From the IMG/VR virus record IMGVR_UViG_3300013939_000005, positions 1-6,007 of that record: a DNA stretch of 6,007 nucleotides, one strand, 5' to 3'. The notes beneath the pieces were generated by a model. The model had not been told where the DNA came from. It saw only the letters and a program-made list of their open reading frames with translations, and did not search any database. Below, piece after piece: positions 1-5,166 of this stretch (positions are counted from its first letter, which is position 1; every line of letters begins with the position of its first letter). Both the position numbers and the translations under genes were made by a program. The stretch is from a virus.

Positions 1-78
1 GGGAGGGCGCATGAGCGCCCTCTCTTCCATCGCACTGGGAATCGCGCTGCTGCTGGTCTGCGCCACCCTCATTGCCGC
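1..78. repeat. Left copy of an exact 78-nt terminal redundancy (identical to 5930-6007)
   Basis: Base-by-base comparison shows gggagggcgcatgagcgccctctcttcc...ccctcattgccgc at both ends. The repeat is cut off by the window edge, so its true extent is unknown. The period is 5929 bp. Confidence 0.97.
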
Positions 79-208
79 CGCGCTCTGGACCATCGGCGAA
101 GTCATCGACCGATGGAACACTAAGCGCGAAAGGGCGCATCAAGAATTCGTCGCGCAGTGCGCCGCAACGGCAGCGCTGCACAAGGCTCAGCGGGAGCTTT
201 CCGAATGA
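11..208 (+). CDS. Small membrane protein, 65 aa, function unknown (N-terminal TM helix, charged C-terminal tail)
   Basis: GGAGG at 2-6 sits 4 nt upstream of ATG 11. The ATG overlaps the stop of the upstream ORF (ATGA, seen at 5940-5943 in the second copy). Hydrophobic stretch SALSSIALGIALLLVCATLIAAALW is followed by a Lys/Arg/Glu-rich tail. Stop TGA 206-208 overlaps the next ATG. Confidence 0.6.
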   Translation: MSALSSIALGIALLLVCATLIAAALWTIGEVIDRWNTKRERAHQEFVAQCAATAALHKAQRELSE

Positions 209-348
209 GCATTGAAATCGTGCAGTGGGAGGGTGGCGTCTTTCTGGTGGTTATCCGCGAAGCTGGCGAGCAGCAGCGGCGCGTGTTCGTGCCATCCGTG
301 GTAGATGGACTGGACTTCTGCAAGCGCTATCTCCGGGGCGATGCATGA
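205..348 (+). CDS. Hypothetical small protein, 47 aa
   Basis: ATG 205 forms an ATGA overlap with the previous stop. GGGAG at 192-196 lies 8 nt upstream. Third-position GC is about 70% by hand count. Stop 346-348 overlaps the next ATG. The ORF-track start at 157 is rejected in favour of the coupled start. Confidence 0.5.
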   Translation: MSIEIVQWEGGVFLVVIREAGEQQRRVFVPSVVDGLDFCKRYLRGDA

Positions 349-530
349 GCGAACTGCGCTACTGCATTCAGCGCCTCGATGATGGCGTGTGGGTCCACAA
401 ATCGAACTACGGCTCAGACCTCGATACCTGCATGCAGAACGCACGCTGGTTTCAGGCCATGGGTCGTGGTCGTGTTCAATACCGCGTCGTCGCTCAGCTG
501 GGCGATGCGGTTTCGGTGTTGCTGCAATGA
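345..530 (+). CDS. Hypothetical small protein, 61 aa
   Basis: ATG 345 forms an ATGA overlap with the upstream stop, and stop 528-530 overlaps the Rep ATG at 527. It is in frame with track ORF 225-530, but the coupled internal start is preferred. No recognisable motif. Confidence 0.5.
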   Translation: MSELRYCIQRLDDGVWVHKSNYGSDLDTCMQNARWFQAMGRGRVQYRVVAQLGDAVSVLLQ

Positions 531-1282
531 CGTTCGCGGTCGCCACCAGTCAAGCGAGCGCAGCGAGCGCTGGGCTTGTCCATACTGGAACAACTCAGAT
601 GAGAGGGTTCCGCTTCAAGAAAACTATCTCGGATGCCGAACAGCGGGGGAAACGCCTCCGCCGCATGAAACAGAACGTCATTACCTCGGCACGCTTGAAC
701 GTCGAGGAAGCCCAGCAAGGCGGATTCCGTGGCCGCTGGGCGATGCTCACGCTGACCTACCGCGAGGACGTGCGGTGGATAGCGAACCAAGTAGCCGCGC
801 TGCTCGATTGCCTGCGCAAGTATTGCGCCCGCTGCGGCTTCAAAGCCCGTTACGTGTGGGTGCTGGAACTGACGAAGCGGGGCAGGCCGCATTACCACGT
901 GTTGGTGTGGCTCCCGAAAGGTCGCAGCCTGCCCAAGCCCGACAAGCAAGGCTGGTGGAAGCACGGCCTGACCCGCATCGAGTGGGCACGCAACGCCATT
1001 GGCTATCTCGCCAAGTACGCCAGCAAGGGCGATGACTACGACTTGCGCACGCTGCCCGGTGGCGCGCGCCTGTCAGGCAATGGCGGATTGTCCGCGAAAT
1101 CCCGCGTTGAACTGCGTTGGTGGAAGTTGCCCACGTGGGTCCGCGAGGTCTGGAACGAAATCACAAACGTGGGCCGCACCAAAGGCGGCTACGTCAATCG
1201 CGACACCGGCGAATTCCTCGCCAGCCGGTATGCAGTCGCATTCGTTGGCGGGGCACTGTGTCTATACGAGGTCACACCATGA
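527..1282 (+). CDS. Rolling-circle replication initiator (HUH endonuclease, pII-like), about 251 aa
   Basis: HUH motif H-Y-H in RGRPHYHVLVWLP (codons at 890-898). Two-tyrosine motif YLAKYASK (1004-1027) resembles the phiX174 gpA / P2 gpA-type YxxKYxxK active site. It sits immediately upstream of the ssDNA-binding gene. The start is uncertain: ATG 527 (ATGA coupling) is preferred, ATG 599 (MRGFRFKK) is possible, and the track start at 389 is unlikely. Confidence 0.85.
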   Translation: MTFAVATSQASAASAGLVHTGTTQMRGFRFKKTISDAEQRGKRLRRMKQNVITSARLNVEEAQQGGFRGRWAMLTLTYREDVRWIANQVAALLDCLRKYCARCGFKARYVWVLELTKRGRPHYHVLVWLPKGRSLPKPDKQGWWKHGLTRIEWARNAIGYLAKYASKGDDYDLRTLPGGARLSGNGGLSAKSRVELRWWKLPTWVREVWNEITNVGRTKGGYVNRDTGEFLASRYAVAFVGGALCLYEVTP

Positions 1283-1548
1283 GCAATGAAATCATCATCG
1301 AAGTGCGTTCCACCGAACTGACCCGCGTCAAGCCATACAACAACAAAATGTACGGGACGCAGGTCGCCGCCATCTACAACGGCTCCGACTTCCCGCTGCC
1401 CATCAATGTCAACGTGGAGCAGGGGCACGAGTACCCGAAGGGCCGTTACACCATCGACCCGCGCAGCTTCACCCGCGATGACATGGGCAACCTGAAAATC
1501 AAGGGCCTCAAGCTGTTGCCGCTGGGCGGCACGTCGGCCAAGAGCTAA
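1279..1548 (+). CDS. ssDNA-binding protein (pV-like), 89 aa
   Basis: ATGA overlap with the Rep stop. GAGGT at 1268-1272 lies 6 nt upstream. Size and position directly after Rep are typical of inovirus gene V. The protein is small, soluble, and rich in Tyr, Lys and Arg (MSNEIIIEVRSTELTRVKPYNNKMYGTQ...). The call rests on synteny and size, not a diagnostic motif. Confidence 0.65.
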   Translation: MSNEIIIEVRSTELTRVKPYNNKMYGTQVAAIYNGSDFPLPINVNVEQGHEYPKGRYTIDPRSFTRDDMGNLKIKGLKLLPLGGTSAKS

Positions 1549-1551
1549 GCG

Positions 1552-1758
1552 GTGGCCATTCCGCAGGCAGCCCACGTCCTTTACTGCGTCGAGGTCGATG
1601 CAGCCACGCAGACATGTCTGCAACAGGCGTGGCTGCCTGCGCCATCTCTGCTGCCACCTCTTTCCGCGTCGGAGGTGGCGGCGCTTCTCGGTGTTACGGC
1701 TTATGCGTTTGCCATGGCATGGGGAGGCAAATTTCTCGGACGCGTTATCAGAGACTAA
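1552..1758 (+). CDS. Small membrane protein, 68 aa, possible minor virion protein (pVII/pIX position)
   Basis: The only available start is GTG 1552, one codon after the ssb stop and in the same frame. AAGAG at 1540-1544 is a weak SD. The C-terminus SEVAALLGVTAYAFAMAWGGKFLGRVIRD has coat-like acidic / hydrophobic / basic organisation. Stop TAA 1756-1758 lies inside the coat-gene SD. Confidence 0.4.
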   Translation: MAIPQAAHVLYCVEVDAATQTCLQQAWLPAPSLLPPLSASEVAALLGVTAYAFAMAWGGKFLGRVIRD

Positions 1759-1769
1759 GGAGTCGTGTA

Positions 1770-1901
1770 ATGGATGTTGCAGAAGTCGTCACGCTGATTG
1801 CGGGCATCGGTACCGCCGTCGGCCTCATCGGTGCCGCCAAGCTCACCCCCGCTGCCATTTCGGTGGGCTGGAAGTGGGCCAAGGGTGCCATCTTCGGCTA
1901 A
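1770..1901 (+). CDS. Major coat protein (pVIII-like, Pf3-type without a cleavable leader), 43 aa
   Basis: Strong SD AAGGAG (1757-1762) lies 7 nt upstream. Sequence MDVAEVVTLIAGIGTAVGLIGAAKLTPAAISVGWKWAKGAIFG has an acidic N-terminus, a hydrophobic core and a basic/aromatic C-terminus (WKWAK) for DNA contact. A strong terminator follows immediately, as for gene VIII in Ff phages. Confidence 0.8.
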   Translation: MDVAEVVTLIAGIGTAVGLIGAAKLTPAAISVGWKWAKGAIFG

Positions 1902-1915
1902 GCCGGGGCGGGTGA

Positions 1916-1941
1916 GGGGGCCTTCGGGCCCCCTTTTTCTT
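1916..1941 (+). terminator. Rho-independent terminator after the major coat gene
   Basis: Perfect 7-bp GC stem GGGGGCC (1916-1922) / GGCCCCC (1927-1933) with a TTCG tetraloop, followed by TTTTTCTT (1934-1941). Confidence 0.85.
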
Positions 1942-1962
1942 CGGGAGAAATGAAATGTTGGG

Positions 1963-3213
1963 ATGGTACGCGTTATGTGTTGGATTAATGGCGCTCTACA
2001 TTGTGTTCGGCGACTGAGGTCTGCACTTCTCGGGTTGTTGGTGGTGTTAGTGGTGGCATCTGCACACGGTCAGTCTCCGGGAAGCGGAAAAATTGATGTT
2101 ACGCCGCAAACCAATCGATGGGTTAGAGCATCTGGCGGCGGTTTCGAGTCGCATGCATCCGTCATGGCGCGCTATCAGCGTGCGGCCGATGCAGCTGCAC
2201 AGACAACCTATCACCGCGTTCCGGTACAAACATCGGCCGCAACGCTCGGCAGGCTTGCGAAAGGCGGATTGCGTCGCGTAGCGGGGCCGGTGGGCTGGTA
2301 TTTCGTGCTGAAGGATTTGGTAGATGGCGCTGGCTGGGTGATTGACGAATTAGGTCAGCAAGTGATGGATGGTCCGGCGCGAGACCAAGACACCGCGCCT
2401 GCGGGTACACGCATGTGGTGTTCGACCGGTGGGCATGGCTGCGCGCTTACACCGCAAAGCTATTTGAGTTCAGGTCTGTGCACGGCACAGGTTCGCTATA
2501 CCTATCCGAATAACGCGGGCTTGTCCTGCACTTCTATTCTGTCGTGTTCCGGTGACCCGTTGCGTTGTAACTTCCAGCTTTCCGACGGCGGTTCTCACGC
2601 CAAATCTACAACGTTAGTGTCCACGCAGACGCCGGTTTATGGAACAGGGCATGTCCCTCAACCCGTGACAGACCAGCAGCTAGGGGACTTGGTGAAGGGG
2701 AGCCCCGAGGTTGTAAATGCGGTTCTGACGGATCCTCAGACGGGCGCGCCGATTCAGTATCCGGAATTGGTTGATGCCATGAACAACTTGCGTAAGGAAT
2801 TGGAGCAGCAGCGCGGCGCGGAGCCGGGCCCCGACATTGTTCCGAACCCGGATTATGAGAATCAGCCGCAGCCGAGTGAAACGGATTGGCCGGGGTTCTG
2901 TGATTGGGCAACGAAGGTGTGCGAACTGGTGGATTGGGTGATGGAGCCGGAAGAGCCCGAGACGGAAAAGCCTGAGGTTCCGTGGGAAGAGTCAGAGGTT
3001 CAGCCATCAACGTGGACTAGTGGATTGGGCGGCGGTGCATGTCCTGCGCCAATTGGTTTCTCGATTGCTATTGGCGGGCAGACTGCAAATCCTGAGTTCG
3101 ATATGGAGGGAATTTGCTCGTTCGGCTCGATGATTCGGCCACTAGTAATTGCGATTGCGACGGTGGTTGCGGCGTACATTCTTGGCGGCATAAGGAGCAG
3201 CAAAGATGCGTAG
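1963..3213 (+). CDS. Adsorption / minor coat protein (pIII-like), 416 aa
   Basis: N-terminal signal peptide (RRLRSALLGLLVVLVVASAHG/QSP). Cys-rich domain with 6 Cys in aa 153-202 (nt 2419-2568). Pro/Glu-rich linker (nt about 2818-3009, e.g. PEEPETEKPEVPWEESEVQP). C-terminal membrane anchor IRPLVIAIATVVAAYILGG followed by basic RSSKDA. Positioned between coat and pVI-like genes. Start is ATG 1963 or ATG 1975. Confidence 0.75.
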   Translation: MVRVMCWINGALHCVRRLRSALLGLLVVLVVASAHGQSPGSGKIDVTPQTNRWVRASGGGFESHASVMARYQRAADAAAQTTYHRVPVQTSAATLGRLAKGGLRRVAGPVGWYFVLKDLVDGAGWVIDELGQQVMDGPARDQDTAPAGTRMWCSTGGHGCALTPQSYLSSGLCTAQVRYTYPNNAGLSCTSILSCSGDPLRCNFQLSDGGSHAKSTTLVSTQTPVYGTGHVPQPVTDQQLGDLVKGSPEVVNAVLTDPQTGAPIQYPELVDAMNNLRKELEQQRGAEPGPDIVPNPDYENQPQPSETDWPGFCDWATKVCELVDWVMEPEEPETEKPEVPWEESEVQPSTWTSGLGGGACPAPIGFSIAIGGQTANPEFDMEGICSFGSMIRPLVIAIATVVAAYILGGIRSSKDA

Positions 3214-3493
3214 TTGGCTGGCTAATCTTTTGCGCAACCTCTTCGGTGATGCGGTCGCCCGAATTTTCGGCGGTGCGGGTCTGGCGCTGGTGACTTCGGC
3301 GGTCATGATTCCCGTGGTGACAACCGCACTCAATCAAGCAGCGGCAGCCTTCGGCGGAATCCCGGCAGATATTCTCAATGTCGTGCTTCTCTTCGGGTTC
3401 GGTGAAGCCATGTCCATCATTGGCGCGGCCATGCTTACGCGCTTGGCGGTCCAGTCGGCCAATGTCGGCGTTCGGAGGGCCACGCGTCCATGA
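3206..3493 (+). CDS. Minor coat / membrane protein (pVI-like), 95 aa
   Basis: Strong SD AAGGAG (3192-3197) lies 8 nt upstream. There is an 8-nt overlap with the pIII stop. Multiple hydrophobic segments are present (GGAGLALVTSAVMIPVVTTAL, ILNVVLLFGFGEAMSIIGAAML). The position between pIII and the Zot-like gene is the canonical gene VI slot. The stop overlaps the next ATG. Confidence 0.7.
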   Translation: MRSWLANLLRNLFGDAVARIFGGAGLALVTSAVMIPVVTTALNQAAAAFGGIPADILNVVLLFGFGEAMSIIGAAMLTRLAVQSANVGVRRATRP

Positions 3494-4614
3494 TGTTCTT
3501 GATTACCGGGCAACCGGGTAACGGCAAAACTCTGCGCGCCATGTGGGTGATGCAGCAGGAATACGAGCGCAATGCGGCGGCAGTGAAGGCGGGCAAGGAG
3601 CAGTCCCGTCGTTTCTTCTCTAACATTGCTGGTTCAACGGTAGATGAAAATCCGGACGCGTTCCCATGGGTGGAACGGATGCCGGAAGATAATGACTGGA
3701 CGAAACTGCCGGACGGTAGTTTTGTCGTCTACGACGAATGCCACGCTGATGGACAGACGCCGGAGCTTGCGCGCTATGGTGTCTTGTTTCCTTCCACAGG
3801 CAAGCCGGGCGAATCCAGTGACCCGCGAATCCGCGCTATGTCAACGCATCGGCATCGCGGGTTCGACATGGTTTTCATGACGCAATACCCGAACAAGGTT
3901 CATCACAATGTGCGTTCACTGCTGGGTTCGCACACACACATGAATCGTTCGATGGGGCTGGCGGCGGCTGGCGTGCTGACGTGGAGCCGCGTCCAGATTG
4001 ACCCGTATGACGAAAGGCAGCGCGAGAAAGCGGAAGAGGAAATCTGGAAGTATCCCAAGGAGCTATACAAACGCTTTCTGTCATCCAGCCTGCACACGTC
4101 GGCACACAAGTTTAAGGTGCCAAAAAAGGTGTGGGGCGCGCTGTCTACGCTGGTTGCAATCGTGTTTGTCTGCTGGGGTGTGTGGTCGTGGGCGCAGAGC
4201 CGAATTAAGACGGGCGAACGTGCGCCAGAGCAGGCGCGAGGGGAGGCCAGCTTGCTGGCCCCCGCGCCTGCTGCTTCTGTTGAGGAAATTCCTATGGCTG
4301 TAGGGGTAGGGCACGCTACTCAAATCAATACGGTTGCAGTGCCAACACTGGCGGGTGTGGTGGCATCGGAGCGCGGGTGTCGCGCGTTCAACACGGAGGG
4401 ATTTCAAATCGACATGAGCGAGCGCGATTGTCGCCGACTGCTGGAGGCGCCGCTACCGTTCAATGTGTTTCATGAGTTCAAGGCGGCTACGGGTAGTGCC
4501 AGACCGGAGGATTCCAAGTCTGCAAGCGCACCGGTAACCATGTCGTTACCGGGAAACATCACCCATGTCGGCGAAACGGCGAACGTTGTAGAGGCTCCGG
4601 AACCCCACTTTTAA
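3490..4614 (+). CDS. zot: Assembly ATPase, Zot / pI family, 374 aa
   Basis: N-terminal Walker A GQPGNGKT (3508-3531) and Walker B FVVYDECH (3721-3744). Single TM helix WGALSTLVAIVFVCWGVWSWA (about 4132-4194). A roughly 140-aa periplasmic C-terminal domain follows. ATGA overlap with the upstream gene. This architecture is characteristic of inovirus pI / zonula occludens toxin-like proteins. Confidence 0.9.
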   Translation: MMFLITGQPGNGKTLRAMWVMQQEYERNAAAVKAGKEQSRRFFSNIAGSTVDENPDAFPWVERMPEDNDWTKLPDGSFVVYDECHADGQTPELARYGVLFPSTGKPGESSDPRIRAMSTHRHRGFDMVFMTQYPNKVHHNVRSLLGSHTHMNRSMGLAAAGVLTWSRVQIDPYDERQREKAEEEIWKYPKELYKRFLSSSLHTSAHKFKVPKKVWGALSTLVAIVFVCWGVWSWAQSRIKTGERAPEQARGEASLLAPAPAASVEEIPMAVGVGHATQINTVAVPTLAGVVASERGCRAFNTEGFQIDMSERDCRRLLEAPLPFNVFHEFKAATGSARPEDSKSASAPVTMSLPGNITHVGETANVVEAPEPHF

Positions 4615-4662
4615 ATCGCGCAGGTTCGTGGTATCAGAGCGTCCAGTAACCAAGGGCTAAGC

Positions 4663-4860
4663 ATGGACGTTTCTTTCGTGGTGCGTGGTTTTATCGGGTT
4701 GGCGGTGGCTGTCGTGGTGGTTGGCGCGATTGCCGTCATTGTTGCCAAGATGTTCGGCGGTGTGAACAAGCGGCGGCAGAAGGCGGTGGCGCAATTGGTG
4801 TTTGCCGTGGGCATAGTTGCATTCCTGTTCTTCGTGTTCCCGAAGCTACTAGGGGTGTAG
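4663..4860 (+). CDS. Small two-TM membrane protein, 65 aa, function unknown
   Basis: AAGGG (4652-4656) lies 6 nt upstream of ATG 4663. Two hydrophobic helices (FVVRGFIGLAVAVVVVGAIAVIVA and VAQLVFAVGIVAFLFFVF) are separated by the basic loop KMFGGVNKRRQKA. It is the last gene of the + operon, in the post-zot slot. Confidence 0.55.
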   Translation: MDVSFVVRGFIGLAVAVVVVGAIAVIVAKMFGGVNKRRQKAVAQLVFAVGIVAFLFFVFPKLLGV

Positions 4861-4875
4861 GGGCATAGCCCCTAC
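4857..4875. terminator. Perfect 8-bp hairpin between convergent genes; possible bidirectional terminator or ssDNA structural signal
   Basis: GTAGGGGC (4857-4864), loop ATA, GCCCCTAC (4868-4875). It overlaps the TAG stop at 4858-4860 and lies 10 nt from the stop of the minus-strand gene (4885). There is no clear U-tract on either side, so confidence as a terminator is modest. Confidence 0.4.
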
Positions 4876-4884
4876 GGTGACGCT

Positions 4885-5166
4885 TTACCCGGCACGTCTC
4901 CTGGGCATGGGCATGTCGGGCCGGATATGGTCCCGGAGTCGGGTGACGTTGCTGCCACCTTGGATAACCTGCGCCTCACCGCGCTGGACCTGCTCCATCA
5001 ACAGACGCCATTCCCGAGCGATGTTGCAGGTCAGTGACCACCACCGCATGTCCTCGGGATACAGCGTGTAGTTCTCCGGCGTCCACATGTGTCCAGCCTG
5101 AAAACCGAAACCGGCCCAAGGGCCGGTTAGTTCGGTACGGTCGTGAGGGTCAATCAGCTTCTTCAT
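4885..5166 (-). CDS. Trp-rich hypothetical phage protein, 93 aa (possibly a DUF3653-like phage protein; recalled from memory, unverified)
   Basis: GGAGG on the minus strand (complement of 5174-5178) lies 7 nt upstream of the ATG (5166-5164). ATGA overlap with the stop of the upstream repressor-like gene. High third-position GC. Motif LTGPWAGFGFQAGHMWTPENYTLYPEDMRWWSL. Preferred over the antisense + ORF 4877-5071. Confidence 0.6.
   Translation of the reverse strand: MKKLIDPHDRTELTGPWAGFGFQAGHMWTPENYTLYPEDMRWWSLTCNIAREWRLLMEQVQRGEAQVIQGGSNVTRLRDHIRPDMPMPRRRAG
5109..5128. repeat. Perfect 9-bp inverted repeat (hairpin) inside the 93-aa gene
   Basis: AACCGGCCC (5109-5117), AA, GGGCCGGTT (5120-5128). 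On the minus strand it encodes the GPWAG motif. Confidence 0.9.

Noticed and set aside
389-526. Upstream extension of the Rep ORF (track start at 389, 297 aa)
   Set aside because: The extension overlaps almost all of the 345-530 ORF in another frame. It is Arg/Ser/Cys-rich with no SD. ATG 527 gives the same ATGA coupling seen at six other junctions.
553-570. 9-bp tandem duplication AGCGAGCGC x2 as a regulatory repeat
   Set aside because: It has only two copies, is in frame, and encodes an Ala/Ser low-complexity stretch. It is most simply a slippage duplication within, or upstream of, the Rep N-terminus. It is mentioned under the Rep finding only.
494-964. 156-aa antisense ORF within Rep, and similar long minus-strand ORFs (120-323, 187-546, 1189-1623, 2606-3010, 3068-3337, 3875-4105, 4081-4407, 4611-4814)
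   Set aside because: Long open frames antisense to real genes are expected in GC-rich DNA. Their products are Arg/Pro/Ala/Ser-rich and low-complexity. They lack SDs or coupling, and they overlap genes with clear motifs.
999-1289. Alternative-frame + ORFs inside known genes (999-1289, 1117-1278, 1598-1915, 1614-1769, 2093-2281, 3644-3880, 3998-4303, 5323-5535, 5549-5779)
   Set aside because: They are off-frame products with the Arg/Cys/Pro-rich composition typical of GC-rich out-of-frame translation. They have no start-site support and overlap better-supported genes.
1950-1988. 12-codon mini-ORF (MKCWDGTRYVLD) after the terminator, overlapping the pIII start
   Set aside because: The GGGAG is only 2 nt from its ATG, which is too close. 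The ORF is very short and has no supporting signal. It could be noise, or at most a leader peptide.
2848-2862. TTATGAGAATC (and GGCGGCATAAGG near 3186-3197) as possible second dif-like arms, which would allow a CTXphi-style two-site folded attP
   Set aside because: They have only 7/11 matches to a single arm, and neither the adjacent central region nor a partner arm is present. This is consistent with chance.
3940-4131. Internal in-frame Met codons in zot (aa 151/155) as a pXI-like internal start, and Met at 599 in Rep as a pX-like product
   Set aside because: This is by analogy to Ff genes XI and X only. No convincing internal SD is visible, so it is not supportable from sequence.
4877-5071. 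64-aa + strand ORF antisense to the 93-aa minus-strand gene
   Set aside because: It has a GTG start without an SD and an Arg/Ser-rich product. The minus-strand ORF has a strong GGAGG SD, ATGA coupling to the repressor gene and high third-position GC.
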